Positions 29,335 to 38,543 of a DNA stretch of 64,000 nucleotides are shown here, piece after piece; positions within the stretch are counted from its first letter, which is position 1; each line of letters starts with the position of its first letter. The stretch comes from a bacterium (GTDB lineage: Bacteria > Patescibacteriota > Patescibacteriia > UBA9570): contig JAUYKW010000020.1 in the NCBI GenBank assembly GCA_030698395.1, forward strand, positions 1,741 through 65,740, given 5' to 3'. The translations under genes were made by a program, and so were the position numbers. The notes beneath the pieces were generated by a model that had not been told where the DNA came from, made no database searches, and worked only from the letters and a program-made list of their open reading frames with translations.

Positions 29335-31020
29335 TTACATTGATTCGGGCGCCGAGATGCCCATTAATGATAATGTGTTAAATAGCACTATTTTCGTTGC
29401 TTGCGCCAACTGTAATCTACTATAGTTTACTTCTTCTTCATCTATTACTCTGCTGGTATTGTAGAACTTATGAAATGCTCTGGCAACTTCCATGGCATAT
29501 TGAGGTAATTTATGTACTTGATAATCCTGGCTCACATCCTCAACAATTTCCGGCAATTTAAAGAGAATTTTTGCTAACTCCTCCTCTGCAATGTTAGTAA
29601 ATTTAATCTGAGTATTTTTTGATCCATCAACTTTTTTTAGAATGCTACAAATTCTAGCATGAGCATACTGCACCGAATATACTGGATTTTTTTCTGATTG
29701 CTCTCGTGCCAGATTTAAATCGAAATCCATATGTGTGTTTGGTTCATGCATTAAGAAAAACCATCGCACCACATCTAATCCAACTTCACCTACTAATTCT
29801 TCTAGAGTTACAAAAGCACCTTTACGTTTAGACATTTTTAATTCTTTACCATTGAATATTAACCGCACAAGCTGAACAAAAATTATATCCATCTTTCCTT
29901 TATGATTTAAAGCTTCCAAAGCTGCTTCCATTCTTGGCTTGTAACCATGATGATCTGCTCCTAACAACCAAATCCAATGATCAAATTTTCGATCTTCAAA
30001 TTTTTCAATCAAGTAAAGAATATCTGAATAAAAATAAGTCGGCTCACCATTAGCACGAATAATCACTCTATCTTTATCATCGCCGTACTTGCTTGATCGA
30101 AAAAATTGCGCACCTTCGCTAGTATAGATTAAGTTACGCTCCTCTAAAAAACTTGTTACCCTTGCTAAATTATCATCAGTATATAGAGATTTTTCTGATT
30201 TCCAAACGTCATATTTAATATCAAGCTGATTTTCTACCAAGTTCTTAATACGATCTATCATCTCTTTTAAAGCCCATTCCTTAACTTCTGTTCTCATCTG
30301 AGCCATGGCATCCGTGCTACCAATCGGAACATCCTTTAATTCTAATTCGTCTGCTAACTCTTTGATGTACTCTCCTTGATAAAGATCTTCAGGATAATCT
30401 ATCTTAATTCCCTGTTTTTGGAGATACCTTCGTAAAACAGACTCGGCCAATGTATCAGTCTGGCTACCGTAATCATTGATAATATATTCTGCAGTAACAT
30501 CATATCCAGATGCTCGCAACACTCTAACAATTACATCACCTGCAAAACCACCTCGGCCATTTCCTAAATGCAAAGGACCAGTTGGATTGGCAGATAGAAA
30601 CTCCACCATATATTTTTTTTGAGAGCCATCTTCTTTTAATCCGGTTTTATTCTTTCCATAATTATCATTCTCTTCTAATAAGTAACGGATACCACCATCA
30701 AGGAATTCTTCATTAATAAAAAAGTTTATAAAGCCAGGAGCAACAACTTCTATTTTGCTCAAGCCCTCCATATTAATATGGTTCTTTAGCTCCTCACAAA
30801 TATCCAATGGGTTTCGCTTCAAAACCTTTGCTAATTTCATTGCGATGCTAGATGCATAATCACCATGCTCACGATGTTGCGAATAATCTACCTCTACTTG
30901 TAGCATCTGAATTTCAGACCAGATGTGCTGACTTTGTAGTTGCTTAATCGCTTCGTTAATTTTTCTTGCAATCACATGTTTCATGCGCCAAATTATACCG
31001 TAATTACTAGCTATGTTCAA
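29335..31020 (-). CDS. argS: arginine--tRNA ligase
   Basis: ANPTGPLHLGNGRGG (class I HIGH region of ArgRS), C-terminal DALR-type anticodon-binding region, 561 aa. Confidence 0.85.
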   Translation of the reverse strand: MNIASNYGIIWRMKHVIARKINEAIKQLQSQHIWSEIQMLQVEVDYSQHREHGDYASSIAMKLAKVLKRNPLDICEELKNHINMEGLSKIEVVAPGFINFFINEEFLDGGIRYLLEENDNYGKNKTGLKEDGSQKKYMVEFLSANPTGPLHLGNGRGGFAGDVIVRVLRASGYDVTAEYIINDYGSQTDTLAESVLRRYLQKQGIKIDYPEDLYQGEYIKELADELELKDVPIGSTDAMAQMRTEVKEWALKEMIDRIKNLVENQLDIKYDVWKSEKSLYTDDNLARVTSFLEERNLIYTSEGAQFFRSSKYGDDKDRVIIRANGEPTYFYSDILYLIEKFEDRKFDHWIWLLGADHHGYKPRMEAALEALNHKGKMDIIFVQLVRLIFNGKELKMSKRKGAFVTLEELVGEVGLDVVRWFFLMHEPNTHMDFDLNLAREQSEKNPVYSVQYAHARICSILKKVDGSKNTQIKFTNIAEEELAKILFKLPEIVEDVSQDYQVHKLPQYAMEVARAFHKFYNTSRVIDEEEVNYSRLQLAQATKIVLFNTLSLMGISAPESM

Positions 31021-31070
31021 ATCTGTGAACTAAAGACAAATATATTCTTTTTGCTATACTATCCTCACCT

Positions 31071-31517
31071 ATGGCAACTTTAGTAAAAAATAAACGAGTT
31101 CGTTACGATTATCATGTTCTTGAAGAACATGAGGCCGGCTTAGTATTGTCTGGTGCAGAAGTAAAGGCAACGAAAGCTAAGAAAATCAGCTTGGAAGGAT
31201 CTTATATTACCCATAAGAATAACGAGTTATGGCTAATAAACATGATGATTAGTCCCTATCAATCCTCAAATCAACGCAACTATCAACCAATGAGAGATCG
31301 CAAGCTAATCATGCATCGTAGTGAAATTGATGGTTTATTGGGAAAAGCCAAGCAACAAGGCTTGACATTACTAGTAGAATCCTTGTATACTACGAGAGGT
31401 CTAATTAAGGTTAAAGTGGTTCTGGCACGTGGAAAAAAGCAATATGACAAGCGTGCAATTAAGAAAAAGCGGGACACTGACAGAAGTATTGCAAGGGCCA
31501 TGCGGAAAAAAGTTTGA
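31071..31517 (+). CDS. smpB: SsrA-binding protein
   Basis: MATLVKNKRVRYDYHVLEEHEAGLVLSGAEVKA canonical SmpB N-terminus. Confidence 0.9.
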   Translation: MATLVKNKRVRYDYHVLEEHEAGLVLSGAEVKATKAKKISLEGSYITHKNNELWLINMMISPYQSSNQRNYQPMRDRKLIMHRSEIDGLLGKAKQQGLTLLVESLYTTRGLIKVKVVLARGKKQYDKRAIKKKRDTDRSIARAMRKKV

Positions 31518-31564
31518 CAACCCATTATCATAGGCATTCACCGGTCACTCGATCATACGGTAAA

Positions 31565-31620
31565 GGGCCAAGGACATTTTGCTCCGCAAAATGAACTGGC
31601 CCGTACATCCGTCAATTTTA
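31565..31620 (+). terminator. possible smpB terminator hairpin
   Basis: GGGCCA-AGGA-CATTTTGC-tcc-GCAAAATG-AACT-GGCCC followed by T-rich stretch about 10 nt later. Confidence 0.35.
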
Positions 31621-31640
31621 AAAAAATTGATCGGATGTCC

Positions 31641-32038
31641 GGGGATGTTTATATTCGATAATACTGCTCCTTTTATTACTGGCTAGGGATGCTGAGTACC
31701 ACCCAAAACTGCTCAAATTTCTCTAAGTGCAAACTTTGTAGAAAAAGCAAAAGATAAGGTACGAGCGCTTGCTAGTGCTTTGCAACCAGCTTTTGCTCCT
31801 GTTGTAGCATAAGCCTACGACCATCCGCGGTTCTGACACCTAATAGGAATCATCCGGGTGCCAAATTATTAGGATATACTACGTTAGGCTGAAATAACGT
31901 AGCGAAAATTCTTCAGATCGAGAATTACTATTTTGACTGGTTTTAAGGTAATTCTTTAAATATAAAAACCAATCTATCCTAGTAGAAGGTAATAAATTGA
32001 CATATTAGACGCGGGCGTGAACCCCGCCATCTCCACCA
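31641..32038 (+). ncRNA. ssrA: tmRNA (transfer-messenger RNA)
   Basis: 5' GGGGAUGUUUAUAUUCGAU; 3' GACGCGGGCGUGAACCCCGCCAUCUCCACCA (T-arm + CCA); acceptor stem 5' GGGGAUG paired with 3' CAUCUCC, including G3.U70; internal tag frame ...ASALQPAFAPVVA ending TAA at 31810-31812; immediately downstream of smpB. Confidence 0.8.
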
Positions 32039-32107
32039 GTATTCTACTGTGTGAACTAATTTGGATATTTTTTATTCAAATTATATTTAATAGAAGCACC
32101 AATTTTA

Positions 32108-32647
32108 ATGGGAAAATACAAAAGATACGCATCAAAGAAAAAGGAGTTTAGACGAAATGAGCAAATTCATGCTACAGAAGTAAGTGTAATTGATGAAAAA
32201 GATAATCAATTAGGCATACTAGCAACTGCCGATGCTCTACGCGAAGCAAAGTCTCGTGGCTACGATTTAGTTGAAGTATCTCCCCTGGCAAAACCGCCAG
32301 TATGTAAAATTGTAAATTACGGTCAGCTTCAATACGAAAAAAGCAAAAAAGAACGTAAACAAAAAAGTAAGCAGAAGAAAACCGAGATAAAAGGAATTCG
32401 TCTATCCACCACGATCAGTGAGCATGATATGGGCGTACGTGTAGATAGAGCAAGAAAATTTCTAGAAAAAGGACATAAAGTACAAATGGAACTTTTACTC
32501 CGAGGCCGACAAAAGGCACATCCGGAAATTGGTGAAGACGTAATGAAGAAATTCATTAGTGAACTAGATGAAGTATCCAAAGTTGAATCTCCCGTATCCC
32601 GAAAAGGTGGAAAATTTATAGCATTAATAATACCAAAAAATAATTAA
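32108..32647 (+). CDS. infC: translation initiation factor IF-3
   Basis: Full-length similarity pattern: VRVIDENGEQLGI-like N domain, KPPVCKIVNYGQ, C-domain. Confidence 0.9.
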   Translation: MGKYKRYASKKKEFRRNEQIHATEVSVIDEKDNQLGILATADALREAKSRGYDLVEVSPLAKPPVCKIVNYGQLQYEKSKKERKQKSKQKKTEIKGIRLSTTISEHDMGVRVDRARKFLEKGHKVQMELLLRGRQKAHPEIGEDVMKKFISELDEVSKVESPVSRKGGKFIALIIPKNN

Positions 32648-32652
32648 ATATT

Positions 32653-32853
32653 ATGGCAAATCAGAAACTCAAGACAAATAAAACCATCAGTAAGCGAGTA
32701 AAAATATCTCGTGGTAAGAATAAAACTATTACTGTACGTAAAGCTGGGCAGGATCATTTTAATGCTAAACAATCCGGTAAAACTAAAAGAAATAAAAGAG
32801 GAGGCACATCAGTTGCAAAAGTAAATGTTAGAAACATTCGTCGATCTATTTAA
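32653..32853 (+). CDS. rpmI: 50S ribosomal protein L35
   Basis: MANQKLKTNKTISKRVKISRGK... basic 66-aa protein, conserved infC-rpmI-rplT order. Confidence 0.9.
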   Translation: MANQKLKTNKTISKRVKISRGKNKTITVRKAGQDHFNAKQSGKTKRNKRGGTSVAKVNVRNIRRSI

Positions 32854-32893
32854 CATCAAGAAATCAATTTTCTGAGAATAATAATTTAAAATT

Positions 32894-33235
32894 ATGTCTA
32901 GAGTAAAAAGAGGTACAACTCATGTAAAGAAAAGACGCAAGCTGTTAAAGCAAGCAAAAGGTTTTAAGTCAGGAAGAAAGAATAAAATTAAGTTAGCAAC
33001 TACTGCAGTTACTAAAGCAGGAGCTAATGCGTATAGAGGACGTAAAGAAAAAAAACGTACAGCTAGATCATTGTGGAATGTAAAAATTAATGCAGGGGTA
33101 AGACCTCATGGTTTATCATATAGTGCATTCATTCATCAACTAAATGAAAAAGATATTCAGCTGAATAGAAAAGTTCTCAGCGAACTTGCAGAAAAACACC
33201 CAGAAGTGTTTGAAAAGTTAGTTAAATCTCTATAA
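32894..33235 (+). CDS. rplT: 50S ribosomal protein L20
   Basis: MSRVKRGTTHVKKRRKLLKQAKGF canonical bL20 N-terminus. Confidence 0.9.
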   Translation: MSRVKRGTTHVKKRRKLLKQAKGFKSGRKNKIKLATTAVTKAGANAYRGRKEKKRTARSLWNVKINAGVRPHGLSYSAFIHQLNEKDIQLNRKVLSELAEKHPEVFEKLVKSL

Positions 33236-33236
33236 C

Positions 33237-33264
33237 AAAACGCGGTCTTCCGACCGCGTTTTTT
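33237..33264 (+). terminator. rho-independent terminator after rplT
   Basis: AAAACGCGGTC-TTCC-GACCGCGTTTTTT perfect 8-bp GC-rich stem plus U-run. Confidence 0.85.
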
Positions 33265-33266
33265 CT

Positions 33267-34265
33267 ATGAAGTGGATAATTAAACATTTATATCCAGAAG
33301 AAATTATTGTACTGCTTACATTCATTTTTATTGGTGTTGTATTTTTAGTACTTCCGTATGAATTTCGATGGTTTGATAATGGATTAACAGTATTTTGGAT
33401 TCATAGATTGTTCGCACCCGCAATAAGCTTCTTCATCATTATTTTCTTTATCGCTGTATTCAAAGATATAAAATATAAAAAAAATCAAACCATTACACAT
33501 TTACTTGCGATCACCCTACTCGATGCAACACGAATCTATATAATCTTCTATATAGCTTTAATGATACATTTCAATATAAAAATACATATCGGCCTTTTTC
33601 GAGATGCCCTTTATGACCCTGCTCTGCACGTAGTAGATTTATGGCTAATGCAATATTTTGGTTTTTTATCAGATATTATGGTAAATATCCATGAAGTTAT
33701 GGATTTATCACCGCTGTATTTTTTAATCTACGAGTTAATGTTTCTCCTTACTTTTATTGCCCTGTACATTAGAAACAAAAAACAATTCAGATTACTTTTT
33801 TGTGCAACTATAATTACAACATTACTTGGCACACTCGGATACTATTTATTTCCTGCTATTGGACCCTTTCTTTATGATCAACCACATGCTCTTTATATGC
33901 AAGAATCAATTGCTGATATGTGGGCGAATTATCTAGCCTTTATTGCCAGTGGTGGAATGGATTATAAATTTGGACTCTTAATTAAAGGCATCGCTGCAAT
34001 GCCTAGTTTACATACAGCTAATGCAATTGTATTTACATTTTTCGCATGGAAATATGCCAGATACTTATTAATTTTCTACATCCCCTTCACTATCTTTATA
34101 TTAATCGAAGCACTATTCACTAAATTTCACTATTTTTTAGATTTAGTACTAGGAGCAGAAATTGCTGCTATAGCCATTATAACTACCTACATCTTATACC
34201 ATCTCCGAGGTAGATACTTTGCAGCAAATAATATATCAAATGAAACAACTTCAGAATCTCTGTAA
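33267..34265 (+). CDS. hypothetical polytopic membrane protein
   Basis: About 8 predicted TM helices, aromatic-rich; no motif recognised. Confidence 0.5.
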   Translation: MKWIIKHLYPEEIIVLLTFIFIGVVFLVLPYEFRWFDNGLTVFWIHRLFAPAISFFIIIFFIAVFKDIKYKKNQTITHLLAITLLDATRIYIIFYIALMIHFNIKIHIGLFRDALYDPALHVVDLWLMQYFGFLSDIMVNIHEVMDLSPLYFLIYELMFLLTFIALYIRNKKQFRLLFCATIITTLLGTLGYYLFPAIGPFLYDQPHALYMQESIADMWANYLAFIASGGMDYKFGLLIKGIAAMPSLHTANAIVFTFFAWKYARYLLIFYIPFTIFILIEALFTKFHYFLDLVLGAEIAAIAIITTYILYHLRGRYFAANNISNETTSESL

Positions 34266-34851
34266 TCAACAACAGTGGCAATTGATAATCCAATACGCCA
34301 AACTGCTTAGAGAAATTAATCAACAAGTAAACTTGATATCTCGAAAAGACATCAATAATTTATTTGAAAATCATATTGCACCAAGCTTCGCTTATAAAAT
34401 TTTAGATCGCATTCATACAAATGAATATATTCTAGATATAGGTAGTGGCGGTGGTTTGCCAGGAATTGTTAATGCAATTCTTTTTCCTGAATCTGATTTT
34501 CTATTAGTGGATTCAACTAAAAAGAAAGTTACAGCCTTAGATAAAATTATTTCAGAATTACACCTCACTAATATATCTGCATTATGGTCAAGAGTTGAAG
34601 AAATGAACATTCCTGAATATCAAAACAAATTCGATCGTACAACTAGCCGAGCTGTTGCACCAATGCAAAAAATAATTGAATGGAGCAAACCACTGCTAAA
34701 AGATGGTGGCACCATTGAGGCTCTAAAAGGTGGAGATATCGAAAAAGAAATTTCTGAATCTAAGCAAGTCATAACAAAATATAAATTGCCTAGTGAGTAC
34801 CATTATACTGAGCGCATGAAAAACCTAGTATTATTAAGTACAACAAAATAA
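34219..34851 (+). CDS. rsmG: 16S rRNA (guanine527-N7)-methyltransferase
   Basis: ILDIGSGGGLPGI motif I and overall GidB length. Annotated start overlaps the previous gene by 47 bp, so the true start may be the internal Met at 34240. Confidence 0.75.
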   Translation: MQQIIYQMKQLQNLCNQQQWQLIIQYAKLLREINQQVNLISRKDINNLFENHIAPSFAYKILDRIHTNEYILDIGSGGGLPGIVNAILFPESDFLLVDSTKKKVTALDKIISELHLTNISALWSRVEEMNIPEYQNKFDRTTSRAVAPMQKIIEWSKPLLKDGGTIEALKGGDIEKEISESKQVITKYKLPSEYHYTERMKNLVLLSTTK

Positions 34852-36027
34852 CTAGCTATTAAAATATTTTCTATCTTTTAAATGCTCTGGTAAATTTGAT
34901 TGTCCTTTATCTTTGCCGTAGCCAACATCTTTCATTAATTGAGTTGGCGCATTACGCAAATGCATAGGAACTGGTGAATTTTCTGTTTCTTTTATATCTG
35001 TATTAATCTGCTTGGCAACATTATAAATTGCTCTTGATTTTGGTGCATTGGCACAATATGCTACTGCCTGAAAAACTGCATACTGTCCTTCTTGTAATCC
35101 TAAAAAATGCACTGTTTGGTATGCAGCAATACATAGCTGAAGTGCTTGCGGATCTGCGTTGCCAATATCTTCGGATGCAAATTCTACTACTCTCCGCATC
35201 ACGTACAAAGGATCCTCGCCAGAATTCAGCATTCTACCGCACCAGTATAAAGCTGCATCTGTGTCACTAGCTCGCATAGTTTTATGCAAGGCGGATATTG
35301 TATTAAAATGTTCTTCACCTGCTCGATCATACCGCAAAGCAACTTTTTCTAATACGTTTTTTACGTCTGCTTCAGAGATTGTTGATATATCGTCATAACT
35401 CTTTTGTAACATTTCAACCGTATTCAAAGCTACCCTAGCATCTCCTTCGGCTATTCCAGCAATTAGCTCGCTAACTTCTTTACTTAATTTATCAGTTGCT
35501 CTATTTATTATTTTTAACAACGAATCTTTGCTTAATTTATCAAATACAAACACCTGAGATCGAGACAGCAATGCATTGTTCAGCTCAAATGATGGATTTT
35601 CGGTAGTAGCTCCAATCAATGTAATTATACCCTGCTCTATATAAGGAAGTAATGCATCTTGCTGACTCTTGTTCCAACGATGAATTTCATCTATAAAGAG
35701 AATTGATTTTTTTTGATGCAACTCTTTATCTGTTTTTGCTTGATCAATAATCTTCCGTAAATCTTTAACTCCTGAAGAAACAGCAGAAATAGTAATAAAT
35801 TCTGCCTCGGTTAAATTAGCAATAATTTTTGCTAATGTTGTTTTACCACTTCCTGGCGGTCCCCAAAAAATCATAGACACCAATAGATCTTGTTCGATCA
35901 TTGTTCTAATAGAACCTTTTTCACCAATTAATTTTTCTTGCCCTACAAACTGATCCAATCCTTGCGGACGCAACTGTTCCGCTAAAGGTTGATGCGCTGT
36001 TAAATTTTGGCTAAACAAAGAGTCCAT
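34852..36027 (-). CDS. rarA: replication-associated recombination protein A (MgsA/WRNIP1-like AAA+ ATPase)
   Basis: MIFWGPPGSGKTTLAKIIAN Walker A, FIDEIHRWNKSQQDALLPYIE, ATTENPSFELNNALLSR. Confidence 0.85.
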   Translation of the reverse strand: MDSLFSQNLTAHQPLAEQLRPQGLDQFVGQEKLIGEKGSIRTMIEQDLLVSMIFWGPPGSGKTTLAKIIANLTEAEFITISAVSSGVKDLRKIIDQAKTDKELHQKKSILFIDEIHRWNKSQQDALLPYIEQGIITLIGATTENPSFELNNALLSRSQVFVFDKLSKDSLLKIINRATDKLSKEVSELIAGIAEGDARVALNTVEMLQKSYDDISTISEADVKNVLEKVALRYDRAGEEHFNTISALHKTMRASDTDAALYWCGRMLNSGEDPLYVMRRVVEFASEDIGNADPQALQLCIAAYQTVHFLGLQEGQYAVFQAVAYCANAPKSRAIYNVAKQINTDIKETENSPVPMHLRNAPTQLMKDVGYGKDKGQSNLPEHLKDRKYFNS

Positions 36028-36031
36028 AAAT

Positions 36032-36712
36032 CTATTTCTTCGTTGCTATCATTACGCCAGATTCAATTGCAATTGGCACAGCAATAAAATCATCAGATTC
36101 TGCCAACATGCTATTTAACTCCTGAGCTTTTTTAATTCTGCCATCATATACAGCATCGGCCACAGTATTCCCTTTCCATCCAGAAGAAAAAATCACATTA
36201 TCAACTACTAACATTCCACCGGATTTCAATAAACTTTTACTAAGCTGAAAAAACCCTGGATACTCACGTTTATCAGCATCAATAAAAACAAAATCAAATT
36301 CTTCCGGCTGAAACTTTTTCAATTCTTCAAGAGCATCACAATGGCGCAAATCCACTCGAGACATATCCATTTCTGAAAAGAAATCTTTAGCCAAATTATA
36401 ATGCTTCAATTCCTTTTCTAGCGTTACAATTTTACCGTCAACCGCCAAGCTTTGGTATAACCACCATGTGGAATATCCCCACATAGTACCAATTTCTAAT
36501 ATTGATTTAGCACCCTTTGCTTGCACTAATACTTGAAGCAACTTTCCAAACTGAGGCTTAATATGATGCGGTGGTATTGGCAGTGATTTAGCACGTCTTT
36601 CAAATTCAAGCACTTTTTCTGGCACATCAGTATATTTATCCACGATGTACTTATTTACTTGTTCTCTTTTTTCTAACGGAATTTCCATGACAGCAGTATA
36701 ACACAATAACAA
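36032..36712 (-). CDS. class I SAM-dependent O-methyltransferase (family 3, caffeoyl-CoA OMT-like)
   Basis: ILEIGTMWGYST, DFVFIDADKREYP typical of OMT family 3. Confidence 0.7.
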   Translation of the reverse strand: MLLCYTAVMEIPLEKREQVNKYIVDKYTDVPEKVLEFERRAKSLPIPPHHIKPQFGKLLQVLVQAKGAKSILEIGTMWGYSTWWLYQSLAVDGKIVTLEKELKHYNLAKDFFSEMDMSRVDLRHCDALEELKKFQPEEFDFVFIDADKREYPGFFQLSKSLLKSGGMLVVDNVIFSSGWKGNTVADAVYDGRIKKAQELNSMLAESDDFIAVPIAIESGVMIATKK

Positions 36713-36744
36713 AGAGACGGGCTTATACCCGCCTCTTTTGCATA

Positions 36745-37938
36745 TTATTTGACTATCTTTGCTTGTTTATTAGATTGAATGGATCGTTTAATTTTACGAT
36801 ACATCCCTCTAATTATAAACCATATTGGCACGTAAATTGCACTATATACAGCCAGCCAAATTGCGAATCTCATTAACTTACCACTCGATCTAATAAGAGA
36901 GCTACTTGCTTTTCCTAACTCATATTTAATGCTGCCAAAAAAGGTAGATCTGTCGTACTGATAATAATTACCTTCCCAAAATGATTTATGTTCCTGAATA
37001 TGTAAAGTAACATTTACTAAATTATATTCAGCGATAGTCTCGGTGCGTTCAATATTCTGATCCTCAATGTATTCTACCTGTGAAGAAATATTTTGTTCTA
37101 TATCTGATCTTTCTTCAGCAGTAAGATCTTCATTTTGCAACCTCTCTTTTGCTTGATCAATCTGTTTTTGAGTTTGAGAAATACTCTCATCAATTTGTAC
37201 AACTTCCTCACTAACATTTTCTACATTATATTGAGTAACTTCAACTTCATTGTTAGCATCAAGATCTTTTAAGTATGCCTCAAATACACTAAGCTTTTCT
37301 GCTGGAAGTTGTAAATTTATAGTTCCATTTGAAGTATAATAATTTACTTGAATTATATATCCATCTAAATTTGTAACTTCTGTTCTTAATTGATCTATCA
37401 TTTCCAATGGATTATCTTTTGTATCGATGGTCATGGTAACAGATTCATCAAACAATTGCTTCTGTTCAGAATCATCTTTATAAAATGCATTTTCATCAGG
37501 AAATGGTTGTTCATATAATGCAGGCTCATAACCCATGTCATCACTTACCATATTAGCTTTTCTAGATATATCTTGTTTGTCTGATAATCCACCCATAGAT
37601 AATGTTGAAATTCCAGATTCCTCACCCATTGATTCTACTGATAATCCAGTAGTTGATAACAACGTAGGTGCAGATGGAATTGAAGCATAATCACTGCCTG
37701 ACTGTACTACTACAGTTGTTATTAATGCTACTAGGGCTAAACCAGCTCCGCTTAATGTAAAGCTTAATATTTTCCAGCTTGATTTTTTTTCTTTATTCAT
37801 AGTTTTGAGTTCACTCACAGTATTGGCTTTTTGCCACGCTGAACTTAAATTTTGTTCAACGCGAAGCTCCATACCATTGGTATCCACACTATCCAACTGC
37901 TGTTTTAATCGATGCAATTTTTGTTCAGCATTATTCAT
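36745..37938 (-). CDS. putative anti-sigma factor-like membrane protein (DUF4349-like)
   Basis: 4-bp overlap (ATGA) downstream of ECF sigma gene; cytoplasmic N-term, TM helix, extracytoplasmic coiled-coil region, C-terminal TM. Confidence 0.4.
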   Translation of the reverse strand: MNNAEQKLHRLKQQLDSVDTNGMELRVEQNLSSAWQKANTVSELKTMNKEKKSSWKILSFTLSGAGLALVALITTVVVQSGSDYASIPSAPTLLSTTGLSVESMGEESGISTLSMGGLSDKQDISRKANMVSDDMGYEPALYEQPFPDENAFYKDDSEQKQLFDESVTMTIDTKDNPLEMIDQLRTEVTNLDGYIIQVNYYTSNGTINLQLPAEKLSVFEAYLKDLDANNEVEVTQYNVENVSEEVVQIDESISQTQKQIDQAKERLQNEDLTAEERSDIEQNISSQVEYIEDQNIERTETIAEYNLVNVTLHIQEHKSFWEGNYYQYDRSTFFGSIKYELGKASSSLIRSSGKLMRFAIWLAVYSAIYVPIWFIIRGMYRKIKRSIQSNKQAKIVK

Positions 37939-38507
37939 AGAAAATTTTGTAAACGCTTTAAAGCTCGGTGCAGTTTAACGCCACAACTATTTTCGGAAAT
38001 ACCTAACACCTCTGCAATATTTTGATTTGGCATATCGTCTACATACTTCATAAGCAACAATTCTTGATCCGCATCTGTTAATTTATACAAGGCCAGATAA
38101 AAATCCATCCATTCTTGCTGATAAGTTGGTTGATTAGGCAAAATTTCAGCAATTGCTTCAATGTCTGTAAATTGATAATTCTTGTGCTTCCGAAAATGCA
38201 TGCGAGCGTGATTAATTGCAATTTGGAACAGCCAACTGGAAAATGGGGCGCCAGATGGAGTGTAATTTACTATTTTATTAAGTACTGTTAGGAATGTTTC
38301 TTGAGTTAAATCTTCAGCCAACTCTTTATTGCTGGTTCGTGCCAATAAAAATCTAAAGACACGTTTAACATAATGGCGGTATAATTGGATAAAATCCGCT
38401 TCTGATTGTTTTGCTGATTCAATTAATTCAAAAGAAACTTCCTTATTCATTTGTTTTATTATACGCGTATTACGAAGAAGTGCACTGCTTCTATATGTAT
38501 AATGCAC
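37935..38507 (-). CDS. RNA polymerase sigma-70 factor, ECF subfamily
   Basis: Region 2 LTQETFLTVLNK, region 4 HTH NIAEVLGISENSCGVKLHRALKRLQ. Confidence 0.8.
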   Translation of the reverse strand: MHYTYRSSALLRNTRIIKQMNKEVSFELIESAKQSEADFIQLYRHYVKRVFRFLLARTSNKELAEDLTQETFLTVLNKIVNYTPSGAPFSSWLFQIAINHARMHFRKHKNYQFTDIEAIAEILPNQPTYQQEWMDFYLALYKLTDADQELLLMKYVDDMPNQNIAEVLGISENSCGVKLHRALKRLQNFL

Positions 38508-38543
38508 TAACCTAGTTAAATATTACACTTACAGTAATTCTAT

